Positions 8,658 to 17,240 of a stretch of DNA of 51,590 bases are shown one piece after another (the stretch's first letter is position 1; each line of letters starts with the position of its first letter). The notes under the pieces are model-generated. The model made no database searches. It worked only from the letters and a program-made list of their open reading frames with translations, and was not told the DNA's origin. The stretch spans positions 1 through 51,590 of the IMG/VR virus record IMGVR_UViG_3300021224_000010. The stretch is one strand, 5' to 3'. A program made the translations under genes and the position numbers. The stretch is from a virus (lineage: Duplodnaviria; Caudoviricetes).

Positions 8658-8723
8658 TTAGTCGCCGCAGAAGCAGGCAATGGCCTTGTCGTGCTCGGCG
8701 AACAGGTCGATTGCTGTGGTCAT
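8658..8723 (-). pseudogene. 21-aa fusion relic MTTAIDLFA-EHDKAIACFCGD
   Basis: N-terminal half resembles C5-MTase motif I starts. C-terminal half resembles the ACFCGD end of phage PAPS-reductase-like proteins (recalled, not searched). Confidence 0.55.
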
Positions 8724-8789
8724 GATTCATACTCGCCGGCCGGCGTGATTTTTTGATATGGGAAGGCGCTGACGGACGGCGCCGGAGGG

Positions 8790-9545
8790 TCAGGCCATCT
8801 CTATAAGAGGTAGCGGCACCTGGGCGAGATCGGCACCGGCAGGGCGAACCGTGTTGAACCCTGTTTCTACCGCTGCCAGAGTCGCAATCCAATGGCTTTC
8901 CCGCTGAGTGATGTAGGCCGCTCGATTGGTGCAACCCTCGGGATAGGCGATCACCTCGATCACAGAGAATTCCCAGTCGGTGATGTCTGAGCTGCCCAGT
9001 GCCGAGTGGAATTTGCAACTTGTGGGGTTGCTCAGGTGCTGCCACCACCGCAGCGTGAATGGCTGGGTGGTCTGTCCTACGTAGACCCGCCCGGTGGAAC
9101 TCTGTCTAACTTGATAGATCACGGCCGGTGGCCTGCCTTCATTTACTAGGCGGAATTCCTGCACGTCGCGGAACTTGGCGGCCTGCTTGCAAGCCTCCGT
9201 GCAGTAGTCATGGCTGGTCGTTTCGGTGTTCGGATCGTTGTACTTGTCGATCAGCTTGAACACGGAACCGCACTCTTTGCAGGCGGTGTCCTCGAATCGG
9301 CGCAGCAGGTATGTATCGTGCTGGCCCAACTCCTGGATATGCAGGAGGTAGGCGTGATCGGTCATGTCTGAGCGCAGAACCCGAAGCGGAAATTGTCGCT
9401 CGTACAGATCATCGATCTGGGCTTTTGCTAGCTTCCGGGTTTCCGCCTCGACCATACCGCTGAATACAGGAGGCCAAGCCCATTCTGCGTCTCGGTTAGG
9501 CCCGGCCGGCTGCCGACCCTTGATCTGGTAGTAGAACTTCGCCAT
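8790..9545 (-). CDS. GIY-YIG nuclease family protein with Cys-rich Zn-binding motif
   Basis: VIYQVRQSSTGRVYVGQT...RWWQH and CKEC...YCTEAC. Start MAKFYY has a GGAG RBS. Confidence 0.85.
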   Translation of the reverse strand: MAKFYYQIKGRQPAGPNRDAEWAWPPVFSGMVEAETRKLAKAQIDDLYERQFPLRVLRSDMTDHAYLLHIQELGQHDTYLLRRFEDTACKECGSVFKLIDKYNDPNTETTSHDYCTEACKQAAKFRDVQEFRLVNEGRPPAVIYQVRQSSTGRVYVGQTTQPFTLRWWQHLSNPTSCKFHSALGSSDITDWEFSVIEVIAYPEGCTNRAAYITQRESHWIATLAAVETGFNTVRPAGADLAQVPLPLIEMA

Positions 9546-9654
9546 GGCTGTCTCCATGCATGCGACGCCCTCCGTGCTTGTGTCGGCATGGTGGCAATTT
9601 GGTTTGGGTTGGGGTATTACGGGTGACCGGCATGGAGCCGGATAGGGGAAAAAA

Positions 9655-10557
9655 ATGGCCGTGGATTTCAATAGTGCTGCGGATAGAGCAGCAGCAAGCT
9701 TTGCAAAAATGAGCGATCAAGAAATCGATTCATGGAATGACATGAATGATGCAGAGCACTTAGCGCAGCACGAAAAATTCATTGAGGGCTATCAAGTAGA
9801 GCACTGTTATCTTTGCAGCAAGGACTTCAAAACTATAAGCAAAGAAGAACCGTGCGTTCATTGGCTGCTGAGGCGCGGCAAATTTAAAAATAAAGACATT
9901 GTTTTAATTGCTAAAAAATTTGGGTATCACAATATTTGTTCTTATCTTCGATGGTGTGCTAACGCCGAGCGTATGGCTGCAAATATTAATGATCTAAAAG
10001 ATGAAGCACCTGACGGAAAGGTTTTAAGCTCGACCATCAAATGGAAAAATATCGAGTGGTCTTTCGACTGCTCTCCCAATGATTTGGCAGGGCATGGCGG
10101 CTCCCATTCAAATTTTCCACACTACCACTTTCAAATGCGAATAGATGGCAGGCAGTTTATCAATTTCAATGATTACCACTTGCCATTCAGTGATATTGAT
10201 CTCTTTACGATGAAACTCTCTGAAAAGCCAGGAATAAACTATGGTTATGGCGTTCGCGGTCTGGGCATGCAGGACGCGATGAGTATAGATCTTAATGAAA
10301 TAGTTGATCATACTTCGCCGACAGACAGTGAAGGAGAGGCAGTTTTCAATATTCAAACTATGATCGCTTCCCCCAATAAGCCAATGAAGGGGGAAGATAT
10401 TTATGCAGCCTTTGAAGAGAGTAAGCGCACAGGTCGAACTATGGCCTCGATATTTAGGGAGAAATTCGAAGGGGATGACGTTTACATAGAAACTATTGTC
10501 AGCCCTTCTGAGACGGTCCCTAAAATAACACCGAGAACTGAGCACAAGCCCCGTTGA
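9655..10557 (+). CDS. Accessory hypothetical protein (CxxC plus HxHxQ motif)
   Basis: 300-aa uninterrupted AT-richer ORF, counter-oriented. Confidence 0.85.
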   Translation: MAVDFNSAADRAAASFAKMSDQEIDSWNDMNDAEHLAQHEKFIEGYQVEHCYLCSKDFKTISKEEPCVHWLLRRGKFKNKDIVLIAKKFGYHNICSYLRWCANAERMAANINDLKDEAPDGKVLSSTIKWKNIEWSFDCSPNDLAGHGGSHSNFPHYHFQMRIDGRQFINFNDYHLPFSDIDLFTMKLSEKPGINYGYGVRGLGMQDAMSIDLNEIVDHTSPTDSEGEAVFNIQTMIASPNKPMKGEDIYAAFEESKRTGRTMASIFREKFEGDDVYIETIVSPSETVPKITPRTEHKPR

Positions 10558-10634
10558 GAAATTGCGGGGAAATATAACTTAGGCATGTCGTTAGCCCCTA
10601 GCTAAGGGGGAGCGATACCTTGTCCCCGCCACCC

Positions 10635-11642
10635 TCAAACAGCGGCGCGCTTTAGCTGTTCCGTGAGATGAGTTGGCAGGTTTCGGAGCGTCAGCGTGCC
10701 GCCTGCTTCGTTGAACTCGATTTTGTCGCCCAGCAGGTGCGCCTCGAAGCTGATCGACATACCCTCGGCCCGGCCGGTGAATCGCCGGAATTTGTTAATG
10801 GTCTTCTTGTCCGGCGGCAGGGTTTCGGAAATCCCGTAGTGCTTCGTCTTTATGAAGTCGTAGAAGTTCTTTGGCCGGTCTTCGTCGATCAGGCTCGACA
10901 GCTCATCGAGCGTGATCGGCTCACCCAGCTTTGCCTGGGCCATCGAGTAACTGACCAGGGTGTGCGACTTCTCGCGTGCCGCATCTTCGACCATGTCCTC
11001 GCTTTCAACGAAGTCACTGAACGCCTTCAGCAGCGTGCGCGTTTCGCTCGGTGCGTCGATACCTTCCTGGCAGCCAATGAAGTCGCGGAAGTACTCGTTG
11101 ATCCGGCGACCCTGCTTGCCCTTGAGGTACGAGATGTACTGCTTCGACTGAGGGTTGCTCTTCCACTCGGTAATGTTGATGCGCGCAGCCAGGCGGATGT
11201 GGTCCAGATCCAGGCGCTTCACCGTCATCAGGTGCAACTCTTCGGTCATGGTCACCGCTTCGGTTTCCTGCATCAGGGCAATGACCAGGTAATCGGTTAG
11301 GCCTTGCTGGTAGTGACAGAAGAGGGCGTGCCCGCCGGTGGTGAGGTTCGACTCTTCCATCAGCTTGGTCAGGTGTTCGACGGCGGTGGTGCTGAAGGCC
11401 AGGAAGTCGGTTGCGCCGGCCAGGTACTTGCCGAGCCATCCGCTGAATGGGTGAGCGCCCGATTCAGCATGGAAGAAGCCCCAGGCCTTTCCGGTCGTGG
11501 CGTTGTAGCTTTCGTTGAGTTGGCTCATCAGGTCGTCACGGGCACCGCTTTCGTCCTGCTCGGCGCCGGCGAGGTGAAGAGCTGCTGGTGTTCCGTCGGG
11601 CTTCTTGTCGATCTTGTGGATGACACTGTGGCGAATGGGCAT
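10635..11642 (-). CDS. yejK: Nucleoid-associated protein, YejK/NdpA family
   Basis: [18 protein letters not shown]-terminus, [18 protein letters not shown]; 335 aa. Confidence 0.9.
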   Translation of the reverse strand: MPIRHSVIHKIDKKPDGTPAALHLAGAEQDESGARDDLMSQLNESYNATTGKAWGFFHAESGAHPFSGWLGKYLAGATDFLAFSTTAVEHLTKLMEESNLTTGGHALFCHYQQGLTDYLVIALMQETEAVTMTEELHLMTVKRLDLDHIRLAARINITEWKSNPQSKQYISYLKGKQGRRINEYFRDFIGCQEGIDAPSETRTLLKAFSDFVESEDMVEDAAREKSHTLVSYSMAQAKLGEPITLDELSSLIDEDRPKNFYDFIKTKHYGISETLPPDKKTINKFRRFTGRAEGMSISFEAHLLGDKIEFNEAGGTLTLRNLPTHLTEQLKRAAV

Positions 11643-11749
11643 TGCGTTTACCTCGGGTAGGCGCCGCCCTCCGTGATCGGTGGTGGCGAGATTTGAGTTT
11701 GTGGACTATTGATTGATGATCTGGCGTTGGGCCAGAAAGAGGAGTGGAT

Positions 11750-11947
11750 ATGCCGAATTCACCTAGCGTTATGGCGTGCCCCAGGTGTGGGACAGAGATG
11801 GAGCACTCACCTGCGAAGCCGAAGGGATTCGCGGAATTAGCAGTGTTTGAGTGTCCGGCATGCGGACATAAATCTACTGTAGACGACTTGGTAGCCAAAG
11901 CCCGCGCAGTGATCGATGAGGTCACGAACGCAAGAAATAAGTCCTAG
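11750..11947 (+). CDS. Small Zn-ribbon protein
   Basis: CPRC...CPAC, GAGGAG RBS, counter-oriented. Confidence 0.7.
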   Translation: MPNSPSVMACPRCGTEMEHSPAKPKGFAELAVFECPACGHKSTVDDLVAKARAVIDEVTNARNKS

Positions 11948-11952
11948 TAGCA

Positions 11953-12330
11953 TCATTCGATGGGATGATTGAGTCGAACGATTTCGTCTTCTGGTTCGCC
12001 GGGGCCATCGGCAAGCTGCCGATGGCATGCCTCATCGAATGCTCGCGACACCTTTTCGCTAACAGCAAAAGGTGTCGTGACACACTGGAGCATCTGCGCC
12101 GCCGTTTCGAAGTCGGCGACGATTACGTTGCGCAGCAGGTTTTGGAACACTTCCTGCTGATTGTTGAAGCCGTGCTTCTTCATCAGTCGCTTGAGGTCAG
12201 CCTTGAACACGCCGGCAACCTCAACCGTAAATTTCTCGACGCCCAATGCAGCGTCCTTCACTGATGCCTTCTCGCGCTTGCGGCGCTGCTTCAAGGCTTC
12301 CGCCGTCGGCTGTTGCTCTTCCTCGGCCAT
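11953..12330 (-). CDS. Hypothetical phage protein (possible DNA-binding)
   Basis: 125 aa, GAGG RBS, basic KQRRKREK segment. Confidence 0.75.
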   Translation of the reverse strand: MAEEEQQPTAEALKQRRKREKASVKDAALGVEKFTVEVAGVFKADLKRLMKKHGFNNQQEVFQNLLRNVIVADFETAAQMLQCVTTPFAVSEKVSRAFDEACHRQLADGPGEPEDEIVRLNHPIE

Positions 12331-12415
12331 GGCCTACCTCTTCGATTTCATGTGCTGGCAAATCAAACCATGCCTGCCGCCGGCGTTGTCGCACCTGGTT
12401 GTTGATGCGCTTCAC
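12221..12415 (-). CDS. Small hypothetical phage protein
   Basis: GTGA overlap with the upstream stop, but overlaps the next gene by 110 nt. Confidence 0.45.
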   Translation of the reverse strand: MKRINNQVRQRRRQAWFDLPAHEIEEVGHGRGRATADGGSLEAAPQAREGISEGRCIGRREIYG

Positions 12416-12726
12416 AGGCTGTCGGCGAACTTGAAGCCGTTTTCCTGAGCGATAAGCCTGGCCCGCTTGCTGTCGGTGCCGAACTCTTTGGCGGCCTCGA
12501 TAGCAGTCAGGCCTGCTTCAGCCAGTTCCTTCAACCTGGGCGAATCCTTGTCGCGGGCAGCCTTCAGCTTGATGCTGCGGGTGCTCTTGATCGGGCCGCC
12601 GACGTCACCGGTGACGCCGCTTTCGATCTGCTTAGCCTTGTTGCCGGCGCCGAAGAAAGCATCCAGCTGTCGGTTCAGTTCCTCGCTGATCGTGTCCCGA
12701 GGGTTGGCCATCGGCACGCCGATCAT
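12412..12726 (-). CDS. Hypothetical protein with C-terminal HTH-like segment
   Basis: Start MIGVPM via ATGA overlap. GLTAIEAAKEFG segment. Confidence 0.7.
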   Translation of the reverse strand: MIGVPMANPRDTISEELNRQLDAFFGAGNKAKQIESGVTGDVGGPIKSTRSIKLKAARDKDSPRLKELAEAGLTAIEAAKEFGTDSKRARLIAQENGFKFADSL

Positions 12727-13088
12727 TGCTGCGCACCGTAGTAGGCGAACACCACCAGCAGCGCAGTGAAGCCGATCGTCCAGCGAAGAAGGCGAGCACC
12801 GAAGCGGCACGACGTTGCTTTGGCCGCGCCCAAGAAGTCAGCGTTGCGCTCGAGCTGGTCAGCGTACTGGCAGGCGCCGTCGTGGCCGGTGCGGGCACCG
12901 CGAGAAACCCCGGTGGAGCGTTCGATTACGTCAAACAGGTTCTTGCCGAGCGGCACCACGTTGAAACGCGGCACTTTCACTGGCTCTTCGCGACCGATCA
13001 TCACGTACATCTCCGAGGTGGACAGTGCAAACCGATCCCGCAACGCCTGCAGGACCGCTTGTTTTTGGCGAATTGTTTGGTTCATCAC
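12723..13088 (-). CDS. Hypothetical protein with C-terminal TM helix
   Basis: AAGGA RBS, hydrophobic C-terminus. Confidence 0.7.
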   Translation of the reverse strand: MMNQTIRQKQAVLQALRDRFALSTSEMYVMIGREEPVKVPRFNVVPLGKNLFDVIERSTGVSRGARTGHDGACQYADQLERNADFLGAAKATSCRFGARLLRWTIGFTALLVVFAYYGAQQ

Positions 13089-13187
13089 GATTCCTTATGG
13101 TGGATTGCGTCTATTCGTCAGCAGCCTGACCACCTGCTGTGTGCCGTTGGGCGCAGGGGAGGGTGCTGACGGATAAAGGCGAGCCGT

Positions 13188-13216
13188 AAAAAAGCCCAGT
13201 CGAAACCGGGCTTTTT
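13188..13216. terminator. Bidirectional intrinsic terminator
   Basis: AAAAAAGCCCAGT-CGAA-ACCGGGCTTTTT. Confidence 0.75.
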
Positions 13217-13336
13217 CCTCTTTACGTAACAAGCCAGCGGGGCCATCTGGGCTGCGCTGGTATCTGTGCGTTTACATGGCTGCCAATCTTCCGTGCGGGG
13301 TTTCAACTGCGGGAAAGTCCACGGGCAGTTGGTGAG

Positions 13337-13720
13337 TTAAGCGAGCAGCGGCGGTGGTTCCGCGCGGCGCATCATCCTTACTTGAGCTGTACGGCGTTCC
13401 GGCACCCGGCGATCACGTCGCATCGAGTCATCACCGATCATTGCGTGCATGGCGATCAGCGCCGCCAGGACGAAGCACATCGGCGAAATGATCTGGCGGC
13501 GCATGGCCTCGGCGATCATCGCGGTCTGGCGGGTGACGCCGAGCTTGAACATGGCGCAGGAAAGGCGCTTGGCCACCGTGCATGCCGCCACATCGAACTG
13601 ACGGGCAATCTCTTTGGCCGTCATGCCCTGGGCGGTGGCCAGTAGGTACTGAAGTTCTTTGGGCGCAAGGCCTCGACCGAGGTGACCCTTCCATGCGCCG
13701 CTGATGATTGTTGCTTCCAT
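13337..13720 (-). CDS. LuxR/GerE-type HTH regulator, first gene of the pL operon
   Basis: LAPKELQYLLATAQGMTAKEIARQFDVAACTVAKRLSCAMFKLGV. Start MEATI has a GGGAG RBS. Confidence 0.88.
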   Translation of the reverse strand: MEATIISGAWKGHLGRGLAPKELQYLLATAQGMTAKEIARQFDVAACTVAKRLSCAMFKLGVTRQTAMIAEAMRRQIISPMCFVLAALIAMHAMIGDDSMRRDRRVPERRTAQVRMMRRAEPPPLLA

Positions 13721-13984
13721 CGCTGTGACTCCCGGTTGTTTTCCCGCTGCACCCGTCACCAGGTGCAGAAGTGAAAATGTCCGTTTCTCCACCACGCGCA
13801 TCGCCCGATTCATATCTCTGGCCAGGTCACACATTTCGTGGACGGTGTTCTTCCTGGCTGGCTTGCGTGGTTTCGCGTACTCACATGTGGCAGTACGGCA
13901 GCTATCCAGAGGCTGCTTGGGCGGCGATTTAGCTTCTTCCGACCCAGGTAGTGGCCTGGGTACGTCGCGGTGGTCACGTCAGAC

Positions 13985-13996
13985 TTTTAAAGAGCG
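13985..13996 (-). promoter_or_regulatory. boxA-like antitermination element
   Basis: CGCTCTTTAAAA on the minus strand shortly after pL. Confidence 0.65.
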
Positions 13997-14028
13997 GTTC
14001 GCATGGGTGTATCGCTGCGATGGGTGTA

Positions 14029-14093
14029 AATTTAGCCACAAGCTAAATATTCGTCAATAGCTCAAAGCTAAATAAATTTAGCCGCACGAAAAA
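14029..14093 (-). promoter_or_regulatory. pL promoter with OL operators
   Basis: TTGACG (14057-14052)-N17-TAAATT (14034-14029). Operators TTTAGC-N5-GCTAAA at 14031-14047 and 14056-14072, plus a degenerate one at 14077-14093. Confidence 0.8.
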
Positions 14094-14113
14094 AAACCAG
14101 AACGGGCCTGGTT
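14089..14113 (-). terminator. Possible intrinsic terminator insulating pL
   Basis: AACCAG/CTGGTT stem followed by a T run on the minus strand. Confidence 0.45.
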
Positions 14114-14209
14114 GACTAGGTGCGTAGTGCGATTCGGATTTGGGTGTGAGAATTTCCGCGCCTAAAGCCTTTACCTCTCGTTTAGCACTACGCTATGCTC
14201 GACCATAAG

Positions 14210-14225
14210 CTGTACGTACATACAG
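14210..14225. promoter_or_regulatory. LexA (SOS) box
   Basis: CTGTACGTACATACAG (CTG-N10-CAG) just upstream of the RBS. Confidence 0.8.
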
Positions 14226-14242
14226 TATTAAAGGAGCGGGTA

Positions 14243-14557
14243 GTGTCTACGTCGAAAGCACAAACACAAAAGAAGAATGCGGCCCCGTCAGGTCTTGAGC
14301 GGCTTGGTTTAAGGGTGTCAGAGATGATCAATCACCCCGTAGCGCAGGCGCAGCGCAGGGTAACGATTCATCGCCTGGATACGGACGGGGATCGAGAGTG
14401 GGAGGAGGTGCTGAGCGTGATCGCTGATACCGACGAGCTTGAGCTGACACTCAATGACGACGGCAGCGTGACGGTGAGGTGGGAGCAGCAGGAAATCGAG
14501 GTGGCGGGGAGGGTAGAGGCTGAGCTTGAGTTCGAGGAGGAAACGGCGCCCTTCTAG
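14243..14557 (+). CDS. DUF1654-like Pseudomonas phage protein
   Basis: ERLGLRVSEMINHP...HRLDTDGDREW. GTG start has an AAGGAG RBS. Confidence 0.75.
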   Translation: MSTSKAQTQKKNAAPSGLERLGLRVSEMINHPVAQAQRRVTIHRLDTDGDREWEEVLSVIADTDELELTLNDDGSVTVRWEQQEIEVAGRVEAELEFEEETAPF

Positions 14558-14681
14558 CGGAGTTGCCGAGAACGGCTACTCTTAGGTAACTATAAATGTG
14601 ATAATAGCGAGCAAGGTTGATGGCGCCAAGCCATCATCGAGTTGAGTTTCAGATGTTTCTAATTTTAGGAGTCTCTGCTCA

Positions 14682-15503
14682 GTGTTTTCCGAGAAAGAGA
14701 TAAAAGCGGTTCTTATTGACTGGCTTTTTGACAAGGGCATGGTTAATGACGCGGTTATTGTTAACGAGATGGTTGTAGCCAACTGGTCTCGACGAGCGGA
14801 CATCGCCGTTGCTAATGGTCGCCTGTATGGCTTTGAGATAAAAAGTCATTTTGATACTTTGAAGAGGTTACCAGGTCAAGTAGAGTCTTTTCAGGCGCAT
14901 TTTGATAAAGTCGTTATCGTTGCCGCGACCAAATTTATTGGCTCGATACAACGGGACTATCCTTCAGAAATTGGAATACTCGAGGTTTACGACGCATCGG
15001 GTCGTGCAAAAATTCGTCAAGTTCGACCTGGCCGTATATGCGAAGTTAAGGATATCTCAAAGCTCACAAGCCTAATAACCAAGTCAGAGCTGGAAAGGTT
15101 TTTAAGGCAGAGTGGCGTACCATTTCAGGCAGGAATGCTTAGGTCCGATCTAGTCAGCGCCTGCGGCTTCAGAGCTTCCAAACAGCTACGATCATATGTT
15201 TTAGACTGCATCAAGCAACGGTATAGTGGTTCATTCAAGAATTTCTTAAATGAACGACAGGTCTGTACGACTGAGGCGTGTCTTGATCTGCTCAGCAAAA
15301 GCGCAACAATTCGGGTTAATCTCGAGCGTCAGGTCGCTATGTATAGCGAAGGGTACCGTCCCGCTCAGCGCGCTGAAAAGAAGATAGACTTCAGCATGTT
15401 GGGTGAAGGGATTGAGGCTCTCGAACTTGAGATGCCTCAATCAGTGTTGATACGTCGAAGGACTCAGAAATCAAAGTCGTCGAAGTCTTCTTCGTCAGAC
15501 TGA
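14682..15503 (+). CDS. sce7726-family PD-(D/E)xK-like nuclease (P4 cII-like)
   Basis: NEM...RADIAV...GFEIKS..DTLKRLPGQ...FDKV; convergent with the beta gene. Confidence 0.82.
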   Translation: MFSEKEIKAVLIDWLFDKGMVNDAVIVNEMVVANWSRRADIAVANGRLYGFEIKSHFDTLKRLPGQVESFQAHFDKVVIVAATKFIGSIQRDYPSEIGILEVYDASGRAKIRQVRPGRICEVKDISKLTSLITKSELERFLRQSGVPFQAGMLRSDLVSACGFRASKQLRSYVLDCIKQRYSGSFKNFLNERQVCTTEACLDLLSKSATIRVNLERQVAMYSEGYRPAQRAEKKIDFSMLGEGIEALELEMPQSVLIRRRTQKSKSSKSSSSD

Positions 15504-16543
15504 CTTTTGCTGTTCAAGTCTATCTGTCGACTAATATGCATGTTAACTCGGGCGGCGATCCATGACGCGGGAGTTTTCATGTTGTCGATCTCACCTTGTG
15601 CTGCTTTCATAATTTTCTTCGCTCCCCATGTTTCATCATCTGCTATTTCAGGAAATGCATCGATAATATCCTCGGCCGCTGAAATGTACCCTTGTGAATT
15701 GGTGTCTGAGCGCCGCTCAAACACCCAAGCATCGTTTAGAGGGTAATCAATTCGAGCGATAAATCTCCCGCCGGAAGTTGTATATACTCTTGAGTGGATA
15801 GATCCATGGTCGCCATAAATTACAGCCTCTCTGCCTATCGCGGCATGGAGTTTCGTCTCCATGATGTCAATTACTCCGGTTTTTCCCTTGCTATTGACAT
15901 CTATAAATGGCATGACGGAGGATGGAAAGCTAGTTGATGCGACGCTTATAATTGCGCTATCTACTTCGTCCCTGATGGAGTTTATCAAGGTCACAGTTCC
16001 GGCAAGCGAAGCGTGAAGGGTATCTCTAATATAACCTGCATCAATTATTACAAGTGCATTGTCCGAAGAGTCAAGCGCTGACAGTGCCGCAATTACGTTA
16101 TTTGTCTGGTTGCTAAAACTACTAATCTTAAAAACAATTTTTCCTAACCCAGCATTTTCAAAGGCGCGAGCCTGTCGGATCACTTGAGATATTTTTGAGT
16201 CATCAGTTATTTGAATTACTGGAATTATCGGGTAATCAATTTTGCTAACGAAATTCCTCCAGTTTTTAAAATCTGAATCTGGGTTTCTAAGCTCAAAGAT
16301 ATCCTTGGTTAGGTAGCTCGGGTCTGTGGTCAGATCCAAAGCAAAAGGCCTACCGTTACAAGCTGAAATGACTTCTCTTAGGGATGTGACAGTATCAGTT
16401 TGTCGTGGCCACACACCAAGAGTGAACAGAGGGATTACGGCATCTTTACATGAGTCAGAAAGTTCCCCGAAACCTTTTACTTCAGCTGGCCGGCTTCGCA
16501 GGTTTGGATAATAGGTGTAATCGTTAAAGTCAATTTTCATCAA
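15464..16543 (-). CDS. Beta family protein (P4 beta-like)
   Basis: YYPNLRSRPAE N-terminus, STSFP, IYGDHGSIH, ARIDYPL, WIAARVNMHI. Confidence 0.82.
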   Translation of the reverse strand: MMKIDFNDYTYYPNLRSRPAEVKGFGELSDSCKDAVIPLFTLGVWPRQTDTVTSLREVISACNGRPFALDLTTDPSYLTKDIFELRNPDSDFKNWRNFVSKIDYPIIPVIQITDDSKISQVIRQARAFENAGLGKIVFKISSFSNQTNNVIAALSALDSSDNALVIIDAGYIRDTLHASLAGTVTLINSIRDEVDSAIISVASTSFPSSVMPFIDVNSKGKTGVIDIMETKLHAAIGREAVIYGDHGSIHSRVYTTSGGRFIARIDYPLNDAWVFERRSDTNSQGYISAAEDIIDAFPEIADDETWGAKKIMKAAQGEIDNMKTPASWIAARVNMHISRQIDLNSKSQSDEEDFDDFDF

Positions 16544-16988
16544 TCATATCCTCAGATTCAATCCTTTGCTCTTTGGGAGAGTGCCCTGAAGCTTTTTTAG
16601 AGCCTGGGGTTACGCGTTGTCGAGGTTTGACGGCACTCTTCGAAGCTGTAGCTATCACATATGATCCAATTTCAGTAAGTCTGTCGTTTGCATATTCCAG
16701 TTCGCCAACTCTCGCCGCTAGTTCTATTGAATTTTGCGCTTGCTCAGCAGCGGTGTGGCTTAATACTCCATTTATCTCAATTAACTTGAAACAGAGACGG
16801 GTCAGAAATGTGCCTATGAGAATTGCCGATATCCACCCAGAAAGACTTAGCCATAAATTTTTCTCCCCGGAATTTGAGTAGTAGACAGACAAAGCGATAC
16901 CTGCGGCGCCCAAAAAAGTACCAGATACGCCGTAGTAAAACCCTGCGAGCGAGATGCTATCGGAATGTGATTTTTTTTGATCTGCCAC
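16530..16988 (-). CDS. Two-TM protein upstream of beta (P4 Gop-like by position)
   Basis: Two hydrophobic helices then coiled coil. GGAGGG RBS. Overlaps the beta start. Confidence 0.65.
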   Translation of the reverse strand: MADQKKSHSDSISLAGFYYGVSGTFLGAAGIALSVYYSNSGEKNLWLSLSGWISAILIGTFLTRLCFKLIEINGVLSHTAAEQAQNSIELAARVGELEYANDRLTEIGSYVIATASKSAVKPRQRVTPGSKKASGHSPKEQRIESEDMIDEN

Positions 16989-17240
16989 TGTGACCCTCCA
17001 TGCTCTAAATCTCCATGAATTACAATCGGCTAAACTCTTCGCTCATTACGGATTAATAGAACTACGTGCGACGGCAACCCTGGCGAAATTATTTTTTTTT
17101 GACCGATAGGGGGCATAACTCTTCTGGGCTGGTGCTCCGCATCCAGATAGCGCTTTTTTTGGAGCCAAAAGACGACTTGAGCCGGGCTGCAGAGTCTTTA
17201 GGATCGTGACTGTTGGCTGGGACTATCGTGGGGTATGGCG

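Noticed and set aside
2178-9545. MTases plus GIY-YIG as a classical restriction-modification system
   Set aside because: Genes are not adjacent and lie in the repressed early operon; orphan phage MTases are the simpler reading.
13721-13834. Long N-terminal extensions from the ORF track (also at 2275, 5784, 9671, 18104, 19355, 34160, 39640, 48533, 51033)
   Set aside because: Downstream starts have better RBSs, stop-start overlaps or family-typical N-termini.
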